A stretch of DNA of 39,184 nucleotides from a virus (IMGVR_UViG_2693429536_000016); one strand, 5' to 3'; shown: positions 1-8,231, counted from the first letter of the stretch. The notes: generated by a model not told the origin, from the sequence alone. Numbers and translations are program-made.

Positions 1-90
1 TTGCCTCCCCCCCGTTGATGGGTAAAATAGCCGCAATTTTTCGTTTTCAACAAGCGCGGCGCGATGCCGCTTACTCAAGAAGAAAGAATT

Positions 91-165
91 ATGACGTTGT
101 CTCCTTATTTGCAAGAGGTGGCGAAGCGCCGCACTTTTGCCATTATTTCTCACCCCAATAATTAA
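91..165 (+). pseudogene. prfC: 5' remnant of peptide chain release factor 3 gene (prfC), truncated after ~22 native codons at the prophage junction
   Basis: ATG at 91 encodes [22 protein letters not shown] then NN-stop; the first 22 residues match the RF3 N-terminus as I recall it (native continues DAGKTT P-loop). Divergence at ~nt 154-160 marks the likely att core/phage boundary. Confidence 0.5.
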
Positions 166-319
166 GCCTAAATTAAAGCTCTTTTACTTTTTCAAAGTCC
201 TTTCAGTTAATTGATGTTTGGTTTTATAAGTCATTTAAATACAGTTAGTTATGTGGCTTCTTTAATTGAAAATTCTTTCATGTAACTTTAAATCGATCAG
301 GTTGCTTTCATCAAAAATC

Positions 320-376
320 TGTACATATACTTGTACATAATGTACAAAGCAGCAGAGGTGTTTTGCGATTTGTACA
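320..376. promoter_or_regulatory. Cluster of four TGTACA hexamers including 17-bp palindrome TTGTACATAATGTACAA (331-347) immediately upstream of int
   Basis: TGTACA at 320-325, 332-337, 341-346, 371-376; int RBS AAGGTGAG and ATG follow at 375-388. Likely int promoter/operator or recombinase/accessory-factor binding sites. Confidence 0.35.
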
Positions 377-385
377 AGGTGAGTA

Positions 386-1624
386 ATGGCGCTGTCTGAT
401 GCGTGGTTGCGTTCAGTCGTTGGAAAGGAACGTGATAAGGTTTTGGTTAAATCCGATCGTGATGGTCTGTCTGTCAGAGTATCACCGAAAGGTCGCGTAG
501 TGTTCCAATATCGTTATCAATGGGCAGGGAAAGGTGAGCGCCTTGATATCGGAACTTACCCGGCAACTGGATTAAAAGAGGCCAGAGAAGAAGTTATCCG
601 TCTCCGTGGTGAACTCGAGTCAAACCGCAATCCACGATTAGTCAAGCAGGCTGAAAAACGAAAAGCTACTGAAGCCATGACGGTAGAGTCTGTGATCCGT
701 GCCTGGTATGAAGCATATTGTGTAAAAAATAAAAAAGGTTCTGAACAGATACTCCGCTCGTTTGAGCTGCACCTGTTCTCTAAAATCGGGAATATCCCTC
801 ACGATGCAGCTACATTGCATGATTGGTTAGAAGTCCTAGAGCCTCTTAGCACCAAGACTCCAGCAATAGTAGACCGATTGCTAATTAACGCAAAGCAGGC
901 TCATGTCTGGGCGTATAAGAGAAAGCTCATTGAAACTCGCCCACTGTCGGATATCACGGGTAAAGATATGGATATCCGTAAAGGTCAGAAAAAACGGTTT
1001 CTGACACATGATGAAATTAACATCCTTTATGCTGCGATCGATGGTTCTCGAATGGTTCCTAAATACCGAGCCTTCATTAAACTATTGCTGCATTTTGGTT
1101 GCCGTAGTTCAGAGCTAATTACTGCTAGGGTGGATGATTTTGATTTCATAAATAAGGTATGGACTGTACCACCAGAACGACATAAGATTGGGGACATAAC
1201 AGGCGAACCGCTAAAGCGGCCCATTATTGAACCGGTTGAAGAGCTTATAAAATACGTTATCTCTATGAACAACGGTTCCGATATGCTTTTTACTAAGGAA
1301 GGAAGCAGGGAGCCAGTTGGTCGGACATCATTGCAGTCGCTGCCTTACAATTTAATGCAGTTCGCATGGCGACGTTTGGGGTATCAATTTCCTCATTGGT
1401 CTCTTCATGATTTGAGACGAACAGCACGAACAAACTTTTCTGATCTTACTGCTCCTCATATTGCTGAAATAATGCTCGGTCATAAACTGCCAGGGGTATG
1501 GCAAGTTTATGATAAGAGCGATTATCTAGAAGAACAGCGTAAAGCCTATCAGGCATGGTGGGATAGGGTTGATTCGATTCTTACTTACACTAATTTAGGT
1601 TCCAACAGACAGCCTATTGAATAA
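386..1624 (+). CDS. int: Phage integrase, tyrosine recombinase family
   Basis: 412-aa ORF with RBS AAGGTGAG; C-terminal catalytic region has HDLRRT...GH...Y arrangement typical of tyrosine recombinases; positioned at prophage edge next to att-like junction. Confidence 0.9.
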   Translation: MALSDAWLRSVVGKERDKVLVKSDRDGLSVRVSPKGRVVFQYRYQWAGKGERLDIGTYPATGLKEAREEVIRLRGELESNRNPRLVKQAEKRKATEAMTVESVIRAWYEAYCVKNKKGSEQILRSFELHLFSKIGNIPHDAATLHDWLEVLEPLSTKTPAIVDRLLINAKQAHVWAYKRKLIETRPLSDITGKDMDIRKGQKKRFLTHDEINILYAAIDGSRMVPKYRAFIKLLLHFGCRSSELITARVDDFDFINKVWTVPPERHKIGDITGEPLKRPIIEPVEELIKYVISMNNGSDMLFTKEGSREPVGRTSLQSLPYNLMQFAWRRLGYQFPHWSLHDLRRTARTNFSDLTAPHIAEIMLGHKLPGVWQVYDKSDYLEEQRKAYQAWWDRVDSILTYTNLGSNRQPIE

Positions 1625-1738
1625 TGAATAGACATACAGAGTAAGAAAATAGTAATGATTCTTGGATTATAATTAACTGGTTGCTGATATTTCGATTTGC
1701 CGATTTATGAAGAGACGGTCATTATACTTATAAAAACA

Positions 1739-1770
1739 CCACTCCTTATCCTTACAGAAATAAGGAGTGG
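1739..1770. terminator. Perfect 10-bp inverted repeat hairpin between convergent int and deaminase genes (probable bidirectional terminator)
   Basis: CCACTCCTTA(1739-1748) ... TAAGGAGTGG(1761-1770), 12-nt loop; A/T-rich flanks give a U-run on the - strand after the stem. Confidence 0.45.
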
Positions 1771-1776
1771 AAACAG

Positions 1777-3372
1777 TTATGGCTGAGACTCTGGTTTAGC
1801 AATCTCGTTTATAAATTTCTTAGCTACAACAGTCTCATACTTTCTATAATCATCAAGATATTGAACATCTATATGATTTTTGTAGCGAGCATTAAATTTA
1901 TTTGCATCCCCTGTTTTATCATCTTTACGTTCATCCGTTGGTCTGAAAAATTTATGGTAGCGGCGGGGTGATACCCCCTCAAAATCACAAAATATTACTT
2001 TGGAAGATTCTTCGTTCTTTGTTATTGCATCATTATGCAGATCAAGAGCAAGGCTTTTATCAAATGGCTCTATATATACTACTTTTTTTATTCCAGATGC
2101 GACAATATGCCTTGCACAGTTGTGGCAGGGATAGGTTGTCGTAAAAAGAATTTTATCTTTAGTATCGCCGTTTTGTTTTCTAGCCATTGATGTAATGACG
2201 TCCATTTCAGCATGAATTGATCTGGAGTACTCCATTACACTTGATATTTTGCTGTCTTTGTAAATGCCTTCTGCAATATTATCTAATTTGTTTAGAAGTC
2301 GTGTTATATTAATATCGGCAACAGTTTGTCCTGCGGAAATACCTAATACACTTCTTACTTCGGTTGATAATATGCTTTTTATACGGTCTTTAATTTTTTG
2401 CTTGTTTGCATCATTATAACACTTACCACTTTTGTGAACGCATCGATGATCGTTATCAAAATCATCACTGCTATACAACCCGCCACCAGCTTTAGGTACG
2501 TCGTTCTTACCCACGGCAAGCAAATTCCCTTCATCATCAAACAGTGCAGCCCCTACTTGACGTGATAAACAAGCTGATTGTAATGATGTTGAAAAGGCAG
2601 CATACATACCTTTCTCGTTAAAAGTTGGTGTTAAACCATTTTTGCCATGAATAAGACCGAAAAACCGATCAATCTTCTTCTTTAATTCACTTTTTTGGCT
2701 GAAGTTATTTTTAATAAAAAAATCTGAATCAAGAATGGTTTCCCCGGTTCTTTGTCCATACGGATCAGAGGATTTATTATCAATATTAATAATTAAATGA
2801 AGGTCGTCCTTTGTCGATTCGTCAGCAATGAGATTCGTAATTCGGTAATCTAAATCGCGCAAAACTCCTAACAAATAGAAATTATGCTGATATATAACTC
2901 TGAATAACTCTATTTCTTCCGGCCTTTTGAATTGATCAATGATGAAGACAGTACCTTTATATTCATCATTATTATAATCAATATTCTTTTTCGCTGCTGC
3001 GATTGCTGCAATAGCAGCTTCTGCAAGCAACTCATTTTTTTCGTAATGTTTACGAAGTTTATTGGCAATATCCTGGAGTTTTAAATGTCTATTAACTTGT
3101 GTGCTTTCGGATACCTTCAGTGCTGCTGGCTCAAAATATAATGGGTCTTCCATAAGCGCACTTATGCGGATGTGTACAACATTATACCCCCATTCTTTGG
3201 ATATCTCTTCGATAATTTTGTTTATCGTTTTCATGCCACATCCAACATATCCACATAATCCAAGATAAATATCTTTTGATTGTCGTGAATTCACAATCTC
3301 AAGTGATGATGCCGATGTTGAGCCTTTTTTTTCATTCAGCTTTTGTGGAGTTTTTTTTGCTGCTTCAGCCAT
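1777..3372 (-). CDS. Two-domain protein: N-terminal P-loop-like nucleotide kinase-like domain fused to C-terminal cytidine/dCMP deaminase zinc-binding domain (AvcD / anti-phage dCTP-deaminase-like candidate)
   Basis: 531 aa; glycine-rich motif LGLCGYVGCGMKT near N-terminus; C-terminal HAEMDVI ... YPCHNCARHIVASGIKKVVYIEPF (HAE + PCxxC zinc-binding deaminase signature). Low-GC gene inserted between int and xis. Confidence 0.6.
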   Translation of the reverse strand: MAEAAKKTPQKLNEKKGSTSASSLEIVNSRQSKDIYLGLCGYVGCGMKTINKIIEEISKEWGYNVVHIRISALMEDPLYFEPAALKVSESTQVNRHLKLQDIANKLRKHYEKNELLAEAAIAAIAAAKKNIDYNNDEYKGTVFIIDQFKRPEEIELFRVIYQHNFYLLGVLRDLDYRITNLIADESTKDDLHLIINIDNKSSDPYGQRTGETILDSDFFIKNNFSQKSELKKKIDRFFGLIHGKNGLTPTFNEKGMYAAFSTSLQSACLSRQVGAALFDDEGNLLAVGKNDVPKAGGGLYSSDDFDNDHRCVHKSGKCYNDANKQKIKDRIKSILSTEVRSVLGISAGQTVADINITRLLNKLDNIAEGIYKDSKISSVMEYSRSIHAEMDVITSMARKQNGDTKDKILFTTTYPCHNCARHIVASGIKKVVYIEPFDKSLALDLHNDAITKNEESSKVIFCDFEGVSPRRYHKFFRPTDERKDDKTGDANKFNARYKNHIDVQYLDDYRKYETVVAKKFINEIAKPESQP

Positions 3373-3382
3373 TGCTAATTAC

Positions 3383-3568
3383 CTAGTCGAAAACTATATC
3401 AGTATTTATTATTTCAAAAAATGCATCAAGAATTTCTTTATTTTTCTTTTTACTTTCAAATGAAATGACATTATCTTGATTAAATGTTGTTAATTCAATG
3501 CAGATAGAATCAACCTGATCATTGGCGGCGATGCTCGATTCTATTTCATTAAATGCTATTACATTCAT
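3383..3568 (-). CDS. Small acidic hypothetical protein encoded immediately upstream of (and co-oriented with) the deaminase gene
   Basis: 61-aa ORF ending 10 nt before the deaminase start codon; D/E-rich, protein-like composition; weak RBS. Could instead be non-coding leader/sRNA region. Confidence 0.3.
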   Translation of the reverse strand: MNVIAFNEIESSIAANDQVDSICIELTTFNQDNVISFESKKKNKEILDAFFEIINTDIVFD

Positions 3569-3665
3569 TTATCTTATCCAAACATAATAAAAAACCATAT
3601 GGCCTTTAGTGTACAACAAAACCATACTCTTTCCCCTCATTTTAGAGGGGGAAGTGTGGTCCACA

Positions 3666-3932
3666 TCATGTTTTTTCCCACCCATGAAAATGTTCACCTA
3701 GGCTGGTGAGGCATTTTATGTACATCAACTCTTTGAGTTGAATCATTATTTTAGTATTTTTTCTATCATTGTGTAAATGTCTTCGTTTCAATACATCATG
3801 CTTGGGGAGCGGTCCCCGTTTCCTGATAATTAATGCTTGTGGATAGCAACGTCCGTGCCTATATCGCTCAGACAGACGCTTACCGTGCCATAGACGTGTC
3901 TGTTCACATACGTCATTCAATAACTCCTGCAA
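3666..3932 (-). CDS. Hypothetical small basic ORF downstream of xis (doubtful)
   Basis: 88-aa ORF, very R/K/H-rich, overlaps xis 3' end; composition is not convincingly protein-like. Confidence 0.2.
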   Translation of the reverse strand: MQELLNDVCEQTRLWHGKRLSERYRHGRCYPQALIIRKRGPLPKHDVLKRRHLHNDRKNTKIMIQLKELMYIKCLTSLGEHFHGWEKT

Positions 3933-4107
3933 ACCTGTAAATCTTGCGTGACGCCCATTTATTTGGGCATGATTTAATATCAGGATCTGGAAAATCAGGC
4001 CTGTACTTCTGGCCAGTTCTCCGGTTTACGCTGTTCCAGCGAAGAACTGTCGATACTGAAACGCCACAGAATTCGGCAACTTGTTTTGTTGTCATTAAGT
4101 TGTTCAT
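3913..4107 (-). CDS. xis: Excisionase / AlpA-like helix-turn-helix DNA-binding protein
   Basis: Start MNNLMTTKQVAEFCGVSVSTVLRW (HTH) at 4107 in TAATG overlap with upstream gene stop; small size and position near int. Confidence 0.6.
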   Translation of the reverse strand: MNNLMTTKQVAEFCGVSVSTVLRWNSVNRRTGQKYRPDFPDPDIKSCPNKWASRKIYRFAGVIE

Positions 4108-4502
4108 TAGTTCACCTTCTGCGGTTGTGCAGTTGAAAGACTCATTCCAGCGCGTTGCTGCCAGACAACCCAGCCGAGAGCCATATCCCATGCCATGTAC
4201 TCGTTATCGCCGTTTTTGGCTCTCCGACGATCTACTGAGTCACCGAAACGCTTTTCCATGAATAATTCATAAGATATTCGTTCATTTGTGATGGTCATTA
4301 CGGGAGGAGCTAGGTAGAGAGGCGTTCCACCATTTTTGTTGGTAAGTGCAACTACACTTTTACTCAGCATCCATGCCACCGGCTTTTTATCAAGAGAAGC
4401 CAAAGCTATTTGTGCTAGTTCCATTTGCTCGCCACGGGTAAGTCTGTTTTCAAGCGGATTTTTAATGAATAATTCGATACGTTCTTTGGTAATAGAATTC
4501 AT
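4107..4502 (-). CDS. Hypothetical phage early protein
   Basis: 131-aa ORF, translationally coupled (TAGcATG) to upstream gene in the leftward operon. Confidence 0.5.
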   Translation of the reverse strand: MNSITKERIELFIKNPLENRLTRGEQMELAQIALASLDKKPVAWMLSKSVVALTNKNGGTPLYLAPPVMTITNERISYELFMEKRFGDSVDRRRAKNGDNEYMAWDMALGWVVWQQRAGMSLSTAQPQKVN

Positions 4503-4503
4503 G

Positions 4504-4899
4504 CTATTTCACCTTGATCTCAACATTTCGCAGCCGTAGCTCCACTGGCAGGTCTGACTTTCCGGTTAAAGCTAATGCGAGATTTTCTAGAGTAATGAGA
4601 GCTGTTATTGTTTTCCCCATACAGGCGTTATCACCAACACGCTCAAGATGCGGAGGGTCGAATACAACCACCGAAAAAGATGCGTCTGCAAATGGTAATG
4701 CACGAGAATCAGCTATCAGGTCAGGACTGATAATCAGGCGTTGCCCATCGCACAATGTATGCTCTTCCTTTCTGATATCGCTGAATATCGCCCGTTCGTC
4801 ATTTGTATCGAACCAGAACATGCGACTGCCACAGCACATGTCGAGGATTGCTGCATGTCCAGTCACTGGTTGCCCCCTTTGCGAAGCCGTTCCGCCCAT
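4504..4899 (-). CDS. Hypothetical protein with methyltransferase-like motifs (DMCCGS and FDPPH); possible small or fragmentary DNA methyltransferase
   Basis: 131-aa ORF; SAM-binding-like D-x-C-C-G-S and DPPH catalytic-like motif ~60 aa apart; too short for a complete MTase. Confidence 0.4.
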   Translation of the reverse strand: MGGTASQRGQPVTGHAAILDMCCGSRMFWFDTNDERAIFSDIRKEEHTLCDGQRLIISPDLIADSRALPFADASFSVVVFDPPHLERVGDNACMGKTITALITLENLALALTGKSDLPVELRLRNVEIKVK

Positions 4900-5213
4900 T
4901 CTTCAAGGGATTTCTCCGCATATTCACCAGACAGGCCATCAATCGGATGCGATTCATTAGCTAACTCTTCTTTCGCTGACAGAATCATGCGTGTAACGTC
5001 GAAAACTTCAGTCAAAGGCTTATTGATAAATCCGTGATTGAAAGCAGAAGCAAGACGGCTTGCGGTATAGTTAATACCCTCGTTGCGAGCCTCAGCACGT
5101 ACTTCATCGAATTTACGCACCAGATACTCAGCATTTGTTTCATTCACTTTCAGATCTCGCGGTACACATTTCCCGCGAAGAAAACCTTCCATTTCGAAAA
5201 CATTTATGCGCAT
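4863..5213 (-). CDS. Hypothetical phage early protein
   Basis: 116-aa ORF in leftward operon, overlaps neighbours by a few codons. Confidence 0.5.
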   Translation of the reverse strand: MRINVFEMEGFLRGKCVPRDLKVNETNAEYLVRKFDEVRAEARNEGINYTASRLASAFNHGFINKPLTEVFDVTRMILSAKEELANESHPIDGLSGEYAEKSLEEWAERLRKGGNQ

Positions 5214-5821
5214 TTGCGTAACTCCGATAACTCGTTAAAACGTTCCATAAACATCCCGTAGGCATGGCCTGGTGACAGTGGAATAACTTTGAACATCTCT
5301 GTTGCCGGGATGCCTTCCAGTACAGGCCAGAAAGAGCCATCATCAAGCCCGAGATCACGGCGTTCGGTTGCCAGCATGATTAGATCGGCATATTTCACAG
5401 GCGTACTCATAACCGGGGGCAACTCGTATTTCTCACGGATTACTGCGTCTATTTTTTCTTCCATCCGTTTATAGTCAGGAAGAAGGCGTTTCAGTGGTGC
5501 GGGGATGTCCTGGCAATACGCTTCTGTTGCATCATGCATTAACGCTTCAAAAGCAAATTCCTGCGGCACCAGCTGGCTGCAAAGCACCGCATGTTGGGCG
5601 ACGCTGTAGAAGTGAGAAAGATGACCGGCAAAGCGGCAGATATTTGAAAGGGAAACCGCGATATCGTTAATCACGATGTCGTTTTTATTTATCTTGTCAT
5701 AATAAAAATGCTTCCCGGAAAAAGTTTTAATAAATGACATTTTGTTCTCCACGTATATGCGCTGCACCGCGCTGAATTCGGGTAAAAGGAAGCCCTCGCT
5801 ATCAGGCGATTGTTGAGTCAA
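5204..5821 (-). CDS. HD-domain phosphohydrolase (5'-deoxynucleotidase-like, YfdR-like)
   Basis: Motifs ...SVAQHAV... and ...LMHDATE... (H...HD) typical of the HD superfamily; true start may be internal Met (MSFIKTF, ~5740). Confidence 0.6.
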   Translation of the reverse strand: MTQQSPDSEGFLLPEFSAVQRIYVENKMSFIKTFSGKHFYYDKINKNDIVINDIAVSLSNICRFAGHLSHFYSVAQHAVLCSQLVPQEFAFEALMHDATEAYCQDIPAPLKRLLPDYKRMEEKIDAVIREKYELPPVMSTPVKYADLIMLATERRDLGLDDGSFWPVLEGIPATEMFKVIPLSPGHAYGMFMERFNELSELRKCA

Positions 5822-5867
5822 TTACGTTTCCATAAATGCCCCCGCAGGGGCATTTGCAGCAATGAAA

Positions 5868-6692
5868 TCAGGCGGTGAAAGTACCAATAAAGGTTTCTAC
5901 TTTGCTGTCTTTGAATTTCTCAACAAGCAGATCACGAAATTCGTTAGCCATTTCTTCCTGGACTGCTTCCAACTGAATAATGCGCAGAACCAGTACAGGA
6001 CGATCGCCAGTGATAATGCTGAGGCGTAATTTAAACGGACGTTCTTTCAGACTTTCAAACGGAACGCATTTAAATTCAAATGCCACTGGCATAATATCTT
6101 TGGTCTTCGCTTCGACAGACTCCATCAGGGAGCGTTTTCCGCTGAAGTCATTATCTTCAAAATCAGCGGTCTGGTTTGCTTCAATCGTGATTTTACGGAC
6201 AGCCGCAGCCGCTTTTGTTGCCTGAATAGCGTCACCATTAGCATCAAAGCCTACAAGGTAGTCGGCCCAGTCTTCAATCCATTCTGCCAGTGACTTCTGG
6301 GAGTTACGCTCGCCGTTAACAGACAACAGAGCAGAGAACGGTGCTGTCTTTTTCAGTTTGAGAATGGCGGTGTTATCTGCGTGACCTGGTTCATCAATAG
6401 TACCCAGGTTAAGCACACTGACGGCACGCATATTATCAGCATCGATAAAGCAGCGGGTGCCTTCATCTGCAAGATCTTTAGAATAACGGGTAAAGTCATC
6501 GATGCTGGCAGTGGAAAGCGCACCACGGAAACGGAAGCGATTTAAATTAAATTTTTCCAGATCATGAATGCGGAAATTCTCAGGCAATGCCACAGCATCG
6601 GCACCAATCTTACTGATAATTTCATTAACACCCTGAGCAGAAATAAGGGCATGGATTTGATTAATTGCGGTTGCGTCTAAGTTCTGAGACAT
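5868..6692 (-). CDS. Conserved prophage protein, YfdQ/DUF2303-like
   Basis: 274-aa ORF adjacent to HD-domain gene, an arrangement I recall from CPS-53-type prophage early regions; function unknown. Confidence 0.5.
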   Translation of the reverse strand: MSQNLDATAINQIHALISAQGVNEIISKIGADAVALPENFRIHDLEKFNLNRFRFRGALSTASIDDFTRYSKDLADEGTRCFIDADNMRAVSVLNLGTIDEPGHADNTAILKLKKTAPFSALLSVNGERNSQKSLAEWIEDWADYLVGFDANGDAIQATKAAAAVRKITIEANQTADFEDNDFSGKRSLMESVEAKTKDIMPVAFEFKCVPFESLKERPFKLRLSIITGDRPVLVLRIIQLEAVQEEMANEFRDLLVEKFKDSKVETFIGTFTA

Positions 6693-6757
6693 AATAAGTC
6701 CTCACTATATAAAGATATTCAGTGATGAGATAAATAATCAGTTAATTAAGAACGATA

Positions 6758-7120
6758 TTAATGACCTGCTGCGCGGAGTTTTCCGTCAGGTTCACCGGCA
6801 AGAGTCAGTAATTGTCCCTGGTCTTCCTGCAGAATAGTCAGGCGACCACCGCGATTGACATACATCGGCGTTTCGGTGGTGTCTTCTTCAGAAATTTTCC
6901 CGCGGTTAGTCGGGCGAACATATGAGAGTTTGTGTTTGATTTTCACACGGTTCTCATCAAATGGTTCGATTTCCAGGTTGAGTGAGACCTTACCTTTGGT
7001 CTTCGTGTTCATCACACCTGAAGCGACTTCACTGAGAACTGCGCCGATTTTGGTTTCAAATACGCCGCCGTCCAACTCCCCGATAAATGCCTGCACATCA
7101 GTACTGCGTTCGCTAGCCAT
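6758..7120 (-). CDS. First gene of leftward early operon, hypothetical protein
   Basis: Start ATG at 7120 (MASERSTD...) preceded by GAGGAG RBS; the ORF-track N-terminal extension (7121-7306) overlaps a structured leader and is unlikely to be coding. Confidence 0.5.
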   Translation of the reverse strand: MASERSTDVQAFIGELDGGVFETKIGAVLSEVASGVMNTKTKGKVSLNLEIEPFDENRVKIKHKLSYVRPTNRGKISEEDTTETPMYVNRGGRLTILQEDQGQLLTLAGEPDGKLRAAGH

Positions 7121-7168
7121 TTTGCTGCTCCTCATCATATCGACCCTGCAAGGTCGGTTGGTTTCTCC

Positions 7169-7303
7169 ACAAAACAGAGAAGAACACCTGCGGTGGCAGC
7201 CGCCCGGATGGATTGGGTTATGAGCCCGTCGTCCGGTGATGCTCTTCTCTGTTTTGTAAAAAGAGCGGTACCAGCCGGAAGCAAGTGTACAAACTGGTAC
7301 CGC
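7169..7303 (-). promoter_or_regulatory. Structured leader of the leftward early transcript: 18-bp inverted repeat (7169-7186 / 7240-7257) and 10-bp perfect inverted repeat GCGGTACCAG/CTGGTACCGC (7265-7274 / 7294-7303)
   Basis: Long stems read directly from the sequence between the putative pL/OL (7463-7515) and the first leftward gene; candidate nut/put-like antitermination or terminator elements. Confidence 0.3.
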
Positions 7304-7462
7304 CAAAGCAGTGGCTGTTGTGGTGACCGGTGCTGATCTCCGGCTTGCGGTTATTTCAGACTCTCACGGGCGTTTAATTGCCCCGCCGAACAGCTCTTTT
7401 CCGCAATAGCTGCAATGTCTTTCGCGCATCAGCCTGCGCATTCACCACAACTCTAAAAACAA

Positions 7463-7515
7463 ATGTAGGATATCCAACATGTAAGTGTCAAGAGTTTATG
7501 TTGGTTATCCTACAT
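7463..7515 (-). promoter_or_regulatory. OL-type operator pair with leftward promoter (pL candidate)
   Basis: Two 18-bp palindromic sites ATGTAGGATATCCAACAT (7463-7480) and ATGTTGGTTATCCTACAT (7498-7515); on the - strand TTGACA (7491-7486) -17 nt- CTACAT resembles -35/-10. Confidence 0.5.
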
Positions 7516-7531
7516 AAAAAGATAGGCTCAT

Positions 7532-7557
7532 AAAAAAACCGGGGATACCCCGGTTTT
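7532..7557 (-). terminator. Rho-independent terminator downstream of cI
   Basis: A7 - ACCGGGG ata CCCCGGT - TTTT: GC stem with U-run on the - strand after the cI stop. Confidence 0.5.
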
Positions 7558-7577
7558 GCGATAGTGAGGAAGATGTG

Positions 7578-8231
7578 TCAAAAATCCATTATTACTTGTT
7601 TGACAAGACCAACTATTCTGCAGTTCTCACCGCATTCAATAGTTTTATAGTTAGGATTTAGTGGGACGAGATACCTGTTCGGCCAGTCCTCAACAAATTT
7701 TTTGAGTGTCGCTTCTTGCCCACCATTGATATGGGCAACAACGATTTTTCCGTTAATACACTCTGTATCAATAATATCTGGCTCTACGATAACGATAGAA
7801 CCTTCTGGTATCGATGGTGAGCCGAGGGGATTGGTCATTGAATCACCACGGACCCGTAGTGCAAATGCCATTTCTGATACAAGGGCGGTAGTATAAACCC
7901 ACTCTTCAGCATCTTCTTTCCTGACACCAGGCTCCGTCATTGTCCATGAACCCGCCTGAACCCACGAGATGAGGGGGACTTTTTTAACTGCGAATATTTC
8001 AGGTTTTAGATTTATCTTTGGTTCAGGCGAGCCTTTTCCGCTAACAAGCCACAGAGGATCGCATTTAAGTGCGTTGGCTAGGGCTTGAAGGTTGGCTCCA
8101 TTTGGTTGGTAGTCGTCCTTTTCCCATCCAGTAACCGTGACACGGTTCACACCAGTCAAATCAGCCAGTGCTTGTTGTGTCAGGTTCAGTTCTTTTCGCC
8201 TTTGGCGAATACGATCACTCATGTTCATCAT
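7578..8231 (-). CDS. cI: CI-type prophage repressor (N-terminal XRE HTH + C-terminal LexA/S24-like autopeptidase domain)
   Basis: HTH ...LNLTQQALADLTGVNRVTVTGWE...; C-terminal ...VRGDSMTNP... and ...KIVVAHINGGQEATLKKF... consistent with S24 Ser/Lys dyad fold; divergent from cro and flanked by operators. Start is one of the Met codons at 8231/8228/8222. Confidence 0.85.
   Translation of the reverse strand: MMNMSDRIRQRRKELNLTQQALADLTGVNRVTVTGWEKDDYQPNGANLQALANALKCDPLWLVSGKGSPEPKINLKPEIFAVKKVPLISWVQAGSWTMTEPGVRKEDAEEWVYTTALVSEMAFALRVRGDSMTNPLGSPSIPEGSIVIVEPDIIDTECINGKIVVAHINGGQEATLKKFVEDWPNRYLVPLNPNYKTIECGENCRIVGLVKQVIMDF

Noticed and set aside
1779-1799. Tiny + strand ORF (MAETLV) after a TAAGGAG sequence
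   Set aside because: The TAAGGAG is one arm of the 10-bp terminator hairpin and the ORF is only 6 codons, overlapping the deaminase gene stop.
7121-7306. N-terminal extension of ORF 6758-7306 (MAVPVCTLASGWYRS...)
   Set aside because: Overlaps the strongly structured leader; composition (Cys/Arg/His-rich) is not protein-like; a good RBS (GAGGAG) precedes the internal ATG at 7120.
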